Positions 7,034-15,649 of a stretch of DNA of 64,000 nt are shown here, piece by piece. The stretch is taken from NCBI GenBank assembly GCA_021325135.1, contig JAJPHT010000036.1, positions 32,001 to 96,000 of the forward strand. The letters run 5' to 3'. The position numbers and the translations under genes were made by a program. The notes under the pieces were generated by a model. It saw only the letters and a program-made list of their open reading frames with translations, had not been told where the DNA came from and ran no database searches. Numbering within the stretch: position 1 is the first letter of the stretch; each line of letters starts with the position of its first letter. The DNA comes from Pseudomonadota bacterium (GTDB lineage: Archaea > Thermoplasmatota > SW-10-69-26 > JACQPN01 > JAJPHT01).

Positions 7034-9420
7034 GCCTCCGAAGGAGCGACGAGGGCGTCTCCGACGTCATCGGCACGATCATCCTCATCGCCATCACGGT
7101 CTCCCTCGTGGGCGTGGCGGTGGGCGGCCTCTACTCCGCCGGCACCGGGCAGAAGACCGCGCTGCCGCGCCTCGACCTCAAGGCCAGCGCGCTGGCCAGC
7201 GGCGCCGCCAACGGCAGCGTCACCCTGACGCACGCCGGCGGCGCGAACTTCAGCCGCGCCGACCTCGACGTGCAGGTGACCTCAGGCGGCGTCCTCTACG
7301 GCCGCGCGCCCTTCCCCAACGCGACCTCGTGGTGGGACGTGGGCGAGGCCGTTCCGTTCAACCTCTCCAAGCCCCTCACGGGCGGCGAGCACCTGGAGAT
7401 TGACGTGATCTCGCGCCCCCTGGGCGCCGTCGTCTCCACGGCCATCGTGGACGTCCCCTCCCTGGGCTCCTCCGCGCCGCCGCTGGGCACCTTCACCGTC
7501 ACCGCGACCGCGCCTTCGGGCCTCTTCCCCGCGGACGTCTCGCCCGGGTCGGTCCTGCGCGTCGCCGCGCACGTCGCGCACCCCGACGGCCGCAAGGCCA
7601 TCGCGTCGGCGTGGGTCGACCTCTCGCCCCTCCACGGCCCCGCCGTGCTGCGGCTGGAGGACGACGGCGCGGGCGCGGACCTCGTCGCGGGCGACATGGA
7701 GTTCGCGGCCTACGTGAGCATCCCTCCCGAGGCCACGCCCTCCGACACGCCCGTCCCGCTGGCCCTCAACGCCCTGGACGTCGACGGCAACCGCGCGCCC
7801 GCGAGCCCCGGAAGCTCGCTGAGCGTGCGCGTCGTCCTCGCGGGCCTCGCGAACACCACCATCAACAACCAGGGCAACGTGACGGTGAACAACCCCACCA
7901 ACGTCACCATCATCCCGGGCGGCGCCGGGACGCCGGGAGCCCCCGGAAGCCCCGGCTCGCCCGGCAGCCCCGGAGCCCCCGGAAGCGGCGGCGCGGGCAA
8001 CGTCACCATCGAGGGCAACGTGTCCAACCTGACCATCGTCTACAACAACAGCACGGAGGTCAACGGCACCGGCGGCCCCGCCGGTCCCCCCGAGCTGCGC
8101 GAGCCAAGCCCCTTCGCGCCCGTCTCGGGGACCGCCAACACGCTCGTCGACGTCTTCGGCCGGAACTTCAGCTTCGTGAACTCGGTGCGCCTCGTGGGCG
8201 GCCCCGGCGCTCCGCTGGGCGTCGTCTGGTGGATCATCGACGACACGCACCTGCAGCTCATCGCGCCGGTGACGGCCGTGGCCGGCGACTATCAGGTCGC
8301 CGTGACGGACCCCATCGGCTCCGACACGAGCGTCGAGTCGTTCCACCTGGACCTGCCGGTGAACCAGCCCGGCTCGCCGCCCACCATCACCAGCATGACG
8401 CCGGCGCACGGCTTCGCCGGCACGGAGGTCACGCTGCGCGGGACGAACCTCGCGTTCCTCTCCAGCGTGCGCCTCTCCGGCGGATCGTTCGTGTTCCCCA
8501 CGGCGTTCTTCACGGTGGGCTCCGGCGGCACGGAGACGCACTTCTTCGTGCCCGACGGCGCGCCGCCCACGAGCTACACCGTGACCGCCAGCAGCGCGGG
8601 CGGCTCCGCCACGGCGCCGGGCCTCTTCACCATCGACCCGCCGCCCCCCACGAACAAGCTCAGCATCACCGGCTTCACGCCGACCCAGGGCGTGCCCTTC
8701 ACGCAGATCAACCTCACGGGCACGGGCTTCCTGGGCGTCGTCGCCGCGAACGTGGGCGGCGCCAACGTCGCCATGTGGGTCGTGAACGACACGGCGATGT
8801 CGGTCCTCACGCACCCAGCGGTCCCCGTGCAGCGCTTCAACCACATCACGCTGTTCAACGCGACGGGAAGCGTCGACGTGTGCTGCTTCAACGAGCTGGA
8901 GAACCCCAACGCGCACGAGTACGCCGTCTACCCCACGGGCTACTTCGACCGCATGGCGATCAACGTCACCAAGTCGGGCAGCACCGTCTCGGCGACGCTG
9001 AAGTTCAACCTCACGAACTACTCGTTCGTGGCCGGCGGCTCGACGTACACGCTGACCTCCGTCACCATGGAGTCGCCCGCGTTCAAGCCCGGCACGCAGA
9101 TCACCGACACCGTCGACGCGATCAGCGGCACGGTCCCGGCGAGCCGCGTCTCGCCCACGCCGTGCGGGCCCTCGGGCCCCCAGCGCAACGGCACGTACGT
9201 CATCACGTTCTCGCAGTCGCCCAAGAAGTACGACGGGAGCATCGACACGTACCCGTTCCTGTTCATCTTCGAGTGGACGTCGGCGACGAACAACTTCGAC
9301 GTCACCGTCGGATCGAGCGTGAACGCCCAATACTTCTCGCTCGGCCCCCAGAGCACGTCCAAGATCATCATGGATGGTCCCAACTATGACTGGCCCACGA
9401 CGTTCAACAACTGCAGCTAG
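7030..9420 (+). CDS. Large minor pilin/adhesin (796 aa): pilin N-domain, DDG..D..aGD module, GxP repeat, three IPT/TIG-like domains
   Basis: GTG overlapping the upstream TGA; SDEG|VSDVIGTIILIAITV; PTITSMTPAHGFAGTEVTLRGTNL and SITGFTPTQGVPFTQINLTGTGF; real portion of ORF 3145..9420. Confidence 0.88.
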   Translation: MSLRRSDEGVSDVIGTIILIAITVSLVGVAVGGLYSAGTGQKTALPRLDLKASALASGAANGSVTLTHAGGANFSRADLDVQVTSGGVLYGRAPFPNATSWWDVGEAVPFNLSKPLTGGEHLEIDVISRPLGAVVSTAIVDVPSLGSSAPPLGTFTVTATAPSGLFPADVSPGSVLRVAAHVAHPDGRKAIASAWVDLSPLHGPAVLRLEDDGAGADLVAGDMEFAAYVSIPPEATPSDTPVPLALNALDVDGNRAPASPGSSLSVRVVLAGLANTTINNQGNVTVNNPTNVTIIPGGAGTPGAPGSPGSPGSPGAPGSGGAGNVTIEGNVSNLTIVYNNSTEVNGTGGPAGPPELREPSPFAPVSGTANTLVDVFGRNFSFVNSVRLVGGPGAPLGVVWWIIDDTHLQLIAPVTAVAGDYQVAVTDPIGSDTSVESFHLDLPVNQPGSPPTITSMTPAHGFAGTEVTLRGTNLAFLSSVRLSGGSFVFPTAFFTVGSGGTETHFFVPDGAPPTSYTVTASSAGGSATAPGLFTIDPPPPTNKLSITGFTPTQGVPFTQINLTGTGFLGVVAANVGGANVAMWVVNDTAMSVLTHPAVPVQRFNHITLFNATGSVDVCCFNELENPNAHEYAVYPTGYFDRMAINVTKSGSTVSATLKFNLTNYSFVAGGSTYTLTSVTMESPAFKPGTQITDTVDAISGTVPASRVSPTPCGPSGPQRNGTYVITFSQSPKKYDGSIDTYPFLFIFEWTSATNNFDVTVGSSVNAQYFSLGPQSTSKIIMDGPNYDWPTTFNNCS
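7927..7980 (+). repeat. Coding 9-bp repeat encoding (Gly-X-Pro)6
   Basis: GTP GAP GSP GSP GSP GAP within the large pilin. Confidence 0.85.
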
Positions 9421-10321
9421 ACTCCGTGACGACGACCGCGCCGTTGCGGGCGTCGTCGGCTTCGTCCTCGTGCTCGCGGTGCTCGTGACGTACTTCGCGT
9501 ACGTCGCGCGCTCCGACGTGCCCCGCTGGGGCGCGGACGCCGAGCGCGCCTGGGACGGGAACGTGGGCGACTCGCTGGCGCGCCTCGACCGCACGGCCGC
9601 GGCCTCGCTGGGCACCGACGCCTCGACGACCGGCTCGCTGCCCGCGCCTCCGCAGCCGCGCGCGTTCGACATCCCCCTCGTCGCGCGCACGCAGGCCGCG
9701 CCGCCCACGGGCGCGCTGGCCTTCGAGCCCAACTGCGGGAACCTGACCGCGACGCACGTCGCCAACGGCGTCGTCGTCCCCGACGTCACCGACGGCGCGC
9801 ACGGCTGCCTCGTCTTCCGCGAGCAGGGCACCTACGCGGCCTCGTACGGCTACCGCTCCGAGTTCGGCGGCCTGCTGCGCGTCGAGCGCGACCGCGCCTT
9901 CGTCGTCGCGGGCCCTCCGCTGGAGCTTGGCAACGAGAGCGGGCGCTACCTCGTGGGCGTCACGTTCCTGGAGCTTCGCGGCGCGGCCAGCTCGGGCGCG
10001 GTGGGCGCCTCGGGCCTCACCGTGGACCTCGTCCCGGGCCCCGCCCTCGCGGAGACGGGCCAGACCGTCAACGCGGCCTCCGCCAACTGGACCTTCCAGA
10101 CGCTCTACCCCCAGGCGTGGAAGGCGTGGTTCGACGGCCAGCTCTCGCAGGCCGGCTTCGACCCCGCGCTCAACTACGCCTGCCTCCAGGGGGACGCGCG
10201 CTGCCCCGGCCTCCAGCCCAACGAGATCCGCGTCGTCCTGGGCGGCCCCGACCCCTCGCCCGCCACCAGCGACCTCGCGCTCTCCATCTCGTATGGCCGC
10301 TACGACGCGACGCTGAAGTGA
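9374..10321 (+). CDS. Pilin-like protein with class III signal peptide (minor pilin)
   Basis: DDRA|VAGVVGFVLVLAVLVTY...VPRW...E pattern typical of euryarchaeal T4P-associated proteins; last gene of the operon. Confidence 0.8.
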   Translation: MVPTMTGPRRSTTAARLRDDDRAVAGVVGFVLVLAVLVTYFAYVARSDVPRWGADAERAWDGNVGDSLARLDRTAAASLGTDASTTGSLPAPPQPRAFDIPLVARTQAAPPTGALAFEPNCGNLTATHVANGVVVPDVTDGAHGCLVFREQGTYAASYGYRSEFGGLLRVERDRAFVVAGPPLELGNESGRYLVGVTFLELRGAASSGAVGASGLTVDLVPGPALAETGQTVNAASANWTFQTLYPQAWKAWFDGQLSQAGFDPALNYACLQGDARCPGLQPNEIRVVLGGPDPSPATSDLALSISYGRYDATLK

Positions 10322-10372
10322 GCCGGACGCGGGGCTCCGGCCGGCCCGCGGCGTTACGAAGGCGCCTCCCGC

Positions 10373-10404
10373 GCCCCGCGACGCCGCGGGGCCACCTTTT
10401 TTTT
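10373..10404 (+). terminator. Hairpin plus T8 tract ending the pilus operon
   Basis: GCCCCGCG-ACGC-CGCGGGGC followed by TTTTTTTT about 50-80 nt after the stop. Confidence 0.6.
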
Positions 10405-10419
10405 AAAACCCCAAATTCA

Positions 10420-10448
10420 CATCTTATCTCCACTGTGGAGACAAGATG
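10420..10448. promoter_or_regulatory. 29-bp palindrome, candidate operator
   Basis: CATCTTATCTCCAC-T-GTGGAGACAAGATG (13/14 arm match) in an AT-rich stretch upstream of 10545. Confidence 0.5.
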
Positions 10449-10544
10449 ACAAATCGCCCCGCTTCCTGCGAAGTGTTATCTTTTCGTTAGGCCTTGCGGC
10501 GCCGGTGGCGGCTTGTCCGCCCCCCGGTGAACGGTGAAACCTTC

Positions 10545-11312
10545 ATGGCCCGCAACCTCCTCCCTCGCACCGTGGCTGCCCTCCTGGTCCTCTCCGCCCT
10601 GGGCGGCCTTGCCCTGCCCGCCAGGGCGGCGCTCGTCTATTCAGACTGCGTCTCCTACCTTGGCCAGGCCATGGCGCCCCCCGGAGGCGCCGCGGGCGCC
10701 GCGCCCCCTCGCGGCCCGGCCTGCCTGGACGGGAACGAGGTCGGGGACCCGGCGGCGCGCGGATCGCCACCCGGCGAATACCTCGACCTCGCGACGGGCA
10801 TCGTCTATCGCCAGGCGGGCCCCCAGTACGTCCCCGTCGGCTTGGGGGTCCCCCAAGGAGGATACGTCGAGCTCACCGCCGAGTCCTGGGCGGGCAACTC
10901 GTACTGCAGCAGCACGAACCCCCTCATGTGCCCCGACCCCATCGTCACGCAGACCCCGTGCGACGCCCAGCTGTGCGAGTCCCTCCACGTGGCCGTGACG
11001 GGGTGCCACGACGTCCAGGTCCAGCTCGATTTCGGGCCTTTGGGCTCGGCCGCGACCGGAGAGCGGTACGAGACGCACGACTATCCTCCTCAGGGGTGCG
11101 TGGCGGACGCCGACGTGTATCTCCCGGCCATGGAGCGCGGCCCGCTGGTCCCTGGAGCCGGCTTCTTCGGCCCGGTGACCCTGATCACCGACGCGTTCAA
11201 CGACGTGCCAAGCTGCTGGCTGAGCGGCACCCACATCCTGCCCCAATCCGTGACCAGCACGGTCCTCGTCGGAGGCCGGGCGTTCCCGCCCATCGTGAAC
11301 AGGATCTGCTGA
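10545..11312 (+). CDS. Secreted Cys-containing hypothetical protein
   Basis: Signal peptide MARNLLPRTVAALLVLSALGGLALPARA; paired Cys. Confidence 0.7.
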   Translation: MARNLLPRTVAALLVLSALGGLALPARAALVYSDCVSYLGQAMAPPGGAAGAAPPRGPACLDGNEVGDPAARGSPPGEYLDLATGIVYRQAGPQYVPVGLGVPQGGYVELTAESWAGNSYCSSTNPLMCPDPIVTQTPCDAQLCESLHVAVTGCHDVQVQLDFGPLGSAATGERYETHDYPPQGCVADADVYLPAMERGPLVPGAGFFGPVTLITDAFNDVPSCWLSGTHILPQSVTSTVLVGGRAFPPIVNRIC

Positions 11313-11325
11313 AGGAGGCCTCCCT

Positions 11326-11928
11326 TTGCGTTCCCTTTCGATCTTCCTTGCCCTCGCGTTCGTCTGGCCCCTGGCGCATGCTGGAGACGCGAACGACCCC
11401 GAGATCCGCGACGGGAGCCGGGACGTCGATCCCGACTTCGTCTCCATCGCGCTGGGCGCTCCCGAGATCGACCTCCTTGCCGTGTGGTTTGACGCGAACG
11501 ACACGACGGTCGCGTTCCACTGGCAGGTCGTGGATGCCTCCCACAGGCTCTTCGCCGATGAGGGGAGGAGCTTCGCGCTGACGTTCCGCTGCGGCTCGGA
11601 CGAGGCGGCGGCCATCGTCACGCTCCTCCCCGCCTTCACGTACCAGGGGGAATCCTATCCCCCCGAGTCGACCGCCAGCGTGACCGTCTATCACCCCGAC
11701 AATGGCACCACGGAGGGCGAAGACAGCGCCGCCTGGGAAACCGGCAACGTGGCGCACGCAGAGGCCCCCCGAAGCCTGTTCCGCTGCGTGAGCTTCACAC
11801 AGGAGATCGCCACGACGAACCTCCTGATCCACGAGGGGAACGGCCAGTGGGGCGGCCCCAGCGGGTCGGGATGGTTCCGCGACATCGCCCCCGACCAGGG
11901 GTACGGCCGCGACTTCGCGCTGGGGTGA
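11326..11928 (+). CDS. Secreted hypothetical protein
   Basis: TTG start after AAGGAGG; signal peptide; acidic DPEIRD...DIAPDQGYGRDF motifs. Confidence 0.7.
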   Translation: MRSLSIFLALAFVWPLAHAGDANDPEIRDGSRDVDPDFVSIALGAPEIDLLAVWFDANDTTVAFHWQVVDASHRLFADEGRSFALTFRCGSDEAAAIVTLLPAFTYQGESYPPESTASVTVYHPDNGTTEGEDSAAWETGNVAHAEAPRSLFRCVSFTQEIATTNLLIHEGNGQWGGPSGSGWFRDIAPDQGYGRDFALG

Positions 11929-11932
11929 GGCC

Positions 11933-12607
11933 TCACACCACGCTGTTCTCCATGGAGATGGTGTAGCCCAGGCCCGGCTCCAGCGCGACCTCGAAGAGGG
12001 GGACGTGGTCGCCGCCCAGGACGGGGGCGAGGCCGCGCAGCTTGGAGATGACGAGGATGCGGCGGCGCGCGGGGCCGCCGTCCTGCCAGGAGAAGCGCAG
12101 CACGCCGTCGGCGCCCTCCGCCAGGTGGGCCTCGACGGGGGCGGGGAGCGTGCCGGGGGCGTGGAGGAGGAGGAGCACGACGCCCTGCGCGTGGGCGGCG
12201 TCGGCCAATTCGTGCCAGAGGGGCATGACGCTCCAGCCGTCGCCGGGCTTGGCCAGCGAGTCGGCGGACTCCACCACGAGCACGTCGCCCTTCTGGAGGC
12301 CGGCGAGGAGCTCGGCCACGTCGTCGGGCGCGATGGCGGAGCGCAGGACGCGGACCTCGATCTTGGCCTCGGCGCCGTCCTCGAAGAGGGCGGCCACCTC
12401 GGCGCGGACGCGGGCCGCGGAGCGCAGGGCCGAGGCGAACATGGCCTTGTGGCCCTCCTTGGCCAGGGATGCGGCGTGCAGCAGGGTGAGGGCGAACTCG
12501 GTGGCGCCGGCGCCCTCCTCCCCGCTGACGAGGAGCGAGGTCCCGGGGGTGATCCCCCCGGCCAGCGCCGCATCCAGGACGCGGCTTCCGGTCTGCACTC
12601 GTTCCAT
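11933..12607 (-). CDS. KaiC/RAD55-like single-domain ATPase homolog, probably inactive
   Basis: TGSRVLDAALAGGITPGTSLLVSGEEGAGATEF, ADGVLRF, RRILVISKLRG; Walker A Lys replaced by Ala. Confidence 0.88.
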   Translation of the reverse strand: MERVQTGSRVLDAALAGGITPGTSLLVSGEEGAGATEFALTLLHAASLAKEGHKAMFASALRSAARVRAEVAALFEDGAEAKIEVRVLRSAIAPDDVAELLAGLQKGDVLVVESADSLAKPGDGWSVMPLWHELADAAHAQGVVLLLLHAPGTLPAPVEAHLAEGADGVLRFSWQDGGPARRRILVISKLRGLAPVLGGDHVPLFEVALEPGLGYTISMENSVV

Positions 12608-12631
12608 GGGGTGGAGCAGGCCGTCCCGCGG

Positions 12632-13516
12632 CTATAGAGCCCTGCCCGCGTCGGCCGTGCGAACACGCGGCCCGTCCGGGGCGGGCGCGGGGCGCTCCCC
12701 GGGGGCCCCAGGGTAGCGGGCGGCGTTGGCCCAGCACTGCTCGAAGAAGACCCGCTCCGCCTCCAGGAGGCCCGGGGCGCTGGTGTGGAGCGCCACGTCG
12801 TCGGGCGCGTAGAGCGACCGGCTGGGGTCCTCCACGACGGAGAGGACGATCTCCTTGCCGTCCACGATGAGGAAGTGCACCGCGCGGTCCGTGGGCAGGT
12901 GGCGCACCTCCAGCCCCGGGCGGGCAGGCAGGAGCCCGGCGCGCAGGAGAGTCTCCTCCGGGACGTTGAGGAGGAAGCGCATCTCGGGGCGCTCCTCGCC
13001 GGGGGCCAGGATGGCGTCCAGCGTGCCGTCGAACTCCGCGATGGCGATGGCGTGGGGCGAGGTGGTGAGGGCCAGCACCTCGTGGCGCGCGCCGGCGATG
13101 AGCTTGCGGCGCGCGGCGCTGATCTCCTGGCGCCCCTGGAGGATGCGGTAGACCGTCTTCTGGGGGCCCTGCGCGTCGCACTGGAGCGCCTTCACGAGGT
13201 CGGTGGTGCGCTGGCGGGAGGACTTGAGCGCCTCCAGCGCCGCGAGGCGCGCCTCGATCTCCAGGTCCAGCACCTTGAGGGGGTCCGCGGCGGTGTAGCG
13301 CGCGGGGCTCTCCAGCGTCGTCTCCACGAGGCCGCGCGCGCCCAGGCGCTCCAGGCTGCGGTACACGTCGTTGCGGTGGACCTCCAGCGCCTCGGCCAGG
13401 TCGCTGACCTTCCAGGGGCCCGCGACGCAGAGCTTCACGTACACGGCCGCGTCGCCCGCGCTGACGTTGAGCGTCTCGCGGACGTGGTCGACGGCGTCAT
13501 TGAGCCGGAGCGCCAT
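12632..13516 (-). CDS. TrmB-family transcriptional regulator (paralog 2)
   Basis: LCVAGPWKVSDLAEALEVHRNDVYR...RGLVE; C-terminal FLIVDG...FFEQCW. Confidence 0.9.
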   Translation of the reverse strand: MALRLNDAVDHVRETLNVSAGDAAVYVKLCVAGPWKVSDLAEALEVHRNDVYRSLERLGARGLVETTLESPARYTAADPLKVLDLEIEARLAALEALKSSRQRTTDLVKALQCDAQGPQKTVYRILQGRQEISAARRKLIAGARHEVLALTTSPHAIAIAEFDGTLDAILAPGEERPEMRFLLNVPEETLLRAGLLPARPGLEVRHLPTDRAVHFLIVDGKEIVLSVVEDPSRSLYAPDDVALHTSAPGLLEAERVFFEQCWANAARYPGAPGERPAPAPDGPRVRTADAGRAL

Positions 13517-14417
13517 GTGTCTCGAACCCGCCCAGAGGGACCGGCTCCCGGGGAATAACCGTGTCGCGAGTCCGGGCCCGGCCTGCCGACAGGAGGGGGT
13601 CTGCGCGGGGGGTGCCCACGGGGCGGGCAGCGGCCCAGCTCTGCTCGAAGAAGACCTTCTGGGCGTAGAGGAAGCCCGGCGCGGTCGTGTGGATGGCCAC
13701 CTCGTCCTCGGCGTTGAGGCTGGGGTTGGGGTCGTTGACGACGAACATGAGCAGCTCGCGGTCGTCCACCATGACGAAGCGCACGAGGCCGGGCGCGTCG
13801 AACTCGCGCATCTCGGCGTCGGGCGCGTCCACCAGCTCCCCCGCCGCGGCGTGGAGGGCCGGCGAGGGGGGCAGGAGCGCGCGGAAGCGCAGGCCCGCCA
13901 TGGCGCGGCGGCGCACCAGGGCCCACTCGCCCGACTCCTCCCAGAGCTTCAGCGCGAGGCCGTAGGTGGAGACCCAGTCGACGCTGCGCTGCGCGCCGCT
14001 GATCATGAGCTGGCGGACGTGGTAGATCTCGCGCCTCCCACGGAGGACCTTGTACGTGCTCTGCGTCGCGGGGCGCCCTCCGCCCATGGCCCCCACGAGG
14101 GCCTCGATCTCGACGCGCGTGCGGCGCAGCGTCTCGATGGCCTTCAGGCGCGCCTCCAGCGTCTCGTCGAAGACCTGCGCGAGGTCCACCGCGGCGTAGC
14201 GCGCGGGGTGGTCGTCCGTCATGCGGACCAGGCCGCGGGCGCCCAGGCGCTCGGCGGTGCGGTAGACCTCGTTGCGGTGGATCTTCAGCGCCTCGGAGAC
14301 GTCGCTCGCCTTGGAGGGGCCGGCCATGCAGAGATGGAAGTAGAGCGCGGCTTCCTCCGGGGCGATCCCCAAGTGCTGGCGAAGCTCGGCGAGGACCGTC
14401 TCCGACTGGGCGGGCAT
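13497..14417 (-). CDS. TrmB-family transcriptional regulator (paralog 3)
   Basis: ATG at 14417; LCMAGPSKASDVSEALKIHRNEVYR; C-terminal FVMVDD...FFEQSW. Confidence 0.9.
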   Translation of the reverse strand: MPAQSETVLAELRQHLGIAPEEAALYFHLCMAGPSKASDVSEALKIHRNEVYRTAERLGARGLVRMTDDHPARYAAVDLAQVFDETLEARLKAIETLRRTRVEIEALVGAMGGGRPATQSTYKVLRGRREIYHVRQLMISGAQRSVDWVSTYGLALKLWEESGEWALVRRRAMAGLRFRALLPPSPALHAAAGELVDAPDAEMREFDAPGLVRFVMVDDRELLMFVVNDPNPSLNAEDEVAIHTTAPGFLYAQKVFFEQSWAAARPVGTPRADPLLSAGRARTRDTVIPREPVPLGGFETHGAPAQ

Positions 14418-14671
14418 GGGGGCACGCTCGCACCAGGGGGACCATAACATGGCGCAGGCTCCGATTCCCCACCTTCCGAAAGGGACACAACCCCGGGAGC
14501 GGGCGCACGTCTGCCCGGCTGGGACGTGCGCCCCTTCTTCCCTCCCCCGAGGCCATGGCTCCTCCACGGTGGAAGCGTGGACTCCAACGACACGGGCGTG
14601 AATCTCGACAAGCGCAGCCCATCCCGGGCCCTCCACGCTTCCACCTCGCTCTCCACCGCGGGGGCGCTCCC

Positions 14672-15199
14672 GTGACGGAAAACCGCAAGCGGAGGGGGTC
14701 CCCCGGCCACGAGCACGAGGACGCCGTGCAGGCCGCCCGCGAAGAACTCAACCGCGCCATGCGCGCCATGTTCGCCCGCTGGGGCGAGGGCCGCATCGCG
14801 CTCCCCGCCGACCGAGCCCGGGCCAAGGAGGCCGTCGAGGAGGCCGAGAACGCCTTCGAGGCGGCGCGCAAGCGGCTCGATGCGCTGCTGGCGGGCGGCG
14901 AGCCGCACCTGGACGTCGCCGCGCTGCGCGCCGCCGTGGAGCGGCTCGCCCGCGCCCTGGAAGCCGGGCAGGCCGACCCCGAGACGCTGACGCGGGGGCC
15001 CTCCGTGTTCGGCGCCCTGCGCGAGCCCGTGCCGGGGCTCACCGATGCGCACTGGCGCCACGAGCGCGCCGCCCTGGACGTCGACGTGTGGGTCCTCGCG
15101 GATGCGCGCGCTGGCGTCGTCGCCCGGATCACCCACAGCCGCGAGCGCCCAGGGTGGAAGGCCTCGGTGCTCAACGAGTCGACCGGCGAGCTGGACTGA
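14672..15199 (+). CDS. Hypothetical protein: helical domain fused to W-x11-W domain (copy 2)
   Basis: GTG at 14672 in ORF 14555..15199; N-half resembles 1254..1505, C-half resembles 789..1037 and 15202..15534. Confidence 0.7.
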   Translation: MTENRKRRGSPGHEHEDAVQAAREELNRAMRAMFARWGEGRIALPADRARAKEAVEEAENAFEAARKRLDALLAGGEPHLDVAALRAAVERLARALEAGQADPETLTRGPSVFGALREPVPGLTDAHWRHERAALDVDVWVLADARAGVVARITHSRERPGWKASVLNESTGELD

Positions 15200-15201
15200 G
15201 G

Positions 15202-15534
15202 CTACGGGTCGAAGAGCTGCACGCGCCACTGCGTGGGCTTGGGAGCCCCCAGCCGCAGCGTGGCCAGCACGCGCCCATCCAGGTCGCGCAGCGCCCAGGA
15301 GCCCTCGCGCCGGCCCACGGAGACGCGCTCCCAGCGCGCGGCCTCGAACCCCTCGATGGGCCTCCCGCTGGGGTCCTCCACCCGGTGGTCCGTGAAGAGG
15401 GCGTCCGCCGTGGCCGCGTCCACGTGGGCCGCATTGAGGGCGTCGGCAAGGCGGACCAGGGAGCCGCGGAGGCGGGCAGCGGCAGGGGGTGGGACGGGCG
15501 CCACGACGCTCCCCACGCCATTCGAAGCCGTCAA
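15202..15534 (-). CDS. Small hypothetical protein, W-x11-W domain copy 3
   Basis: LRGSLVRLADALNAAHVD...GFEAARWERVSVGRREGSWALRD; converges on the previous gene with a 2-bp gap. Confidence 0.7.
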   Translation of the reverse strand: MTASNGVGSVVAPVPPPAAARLRGSLVRLADALNAAHVDAATADALFTDHRVEDPSGRPIEGFEAARWERVSVGRREGSWALRDLDGRVLATLRLGAPKPTQWRVQLFDP

Positions 15535-15649
15535 CCTGGCGCCCCTGCCACAATGGACCTGCGGCGAACGGTTGTCCTAGGTCCGCAGGGGGTCAGTTGC
15601 ACATCTTGACAACATGGGCTATATCCCCCTTCCACGTCGGAACGGGGCG

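Noticed and set aside
7927-7980. Collagen triple helix
   Set aside because: Only six Gly-X-Pro triplets; more likely a flexible linker
2564-12607. Archaellum (flagellum) locus
   Set aside because: The pilins have pilin-type rather than archaellin N-termini and there are no FlaC-G homologs; a type IV pilus fits better
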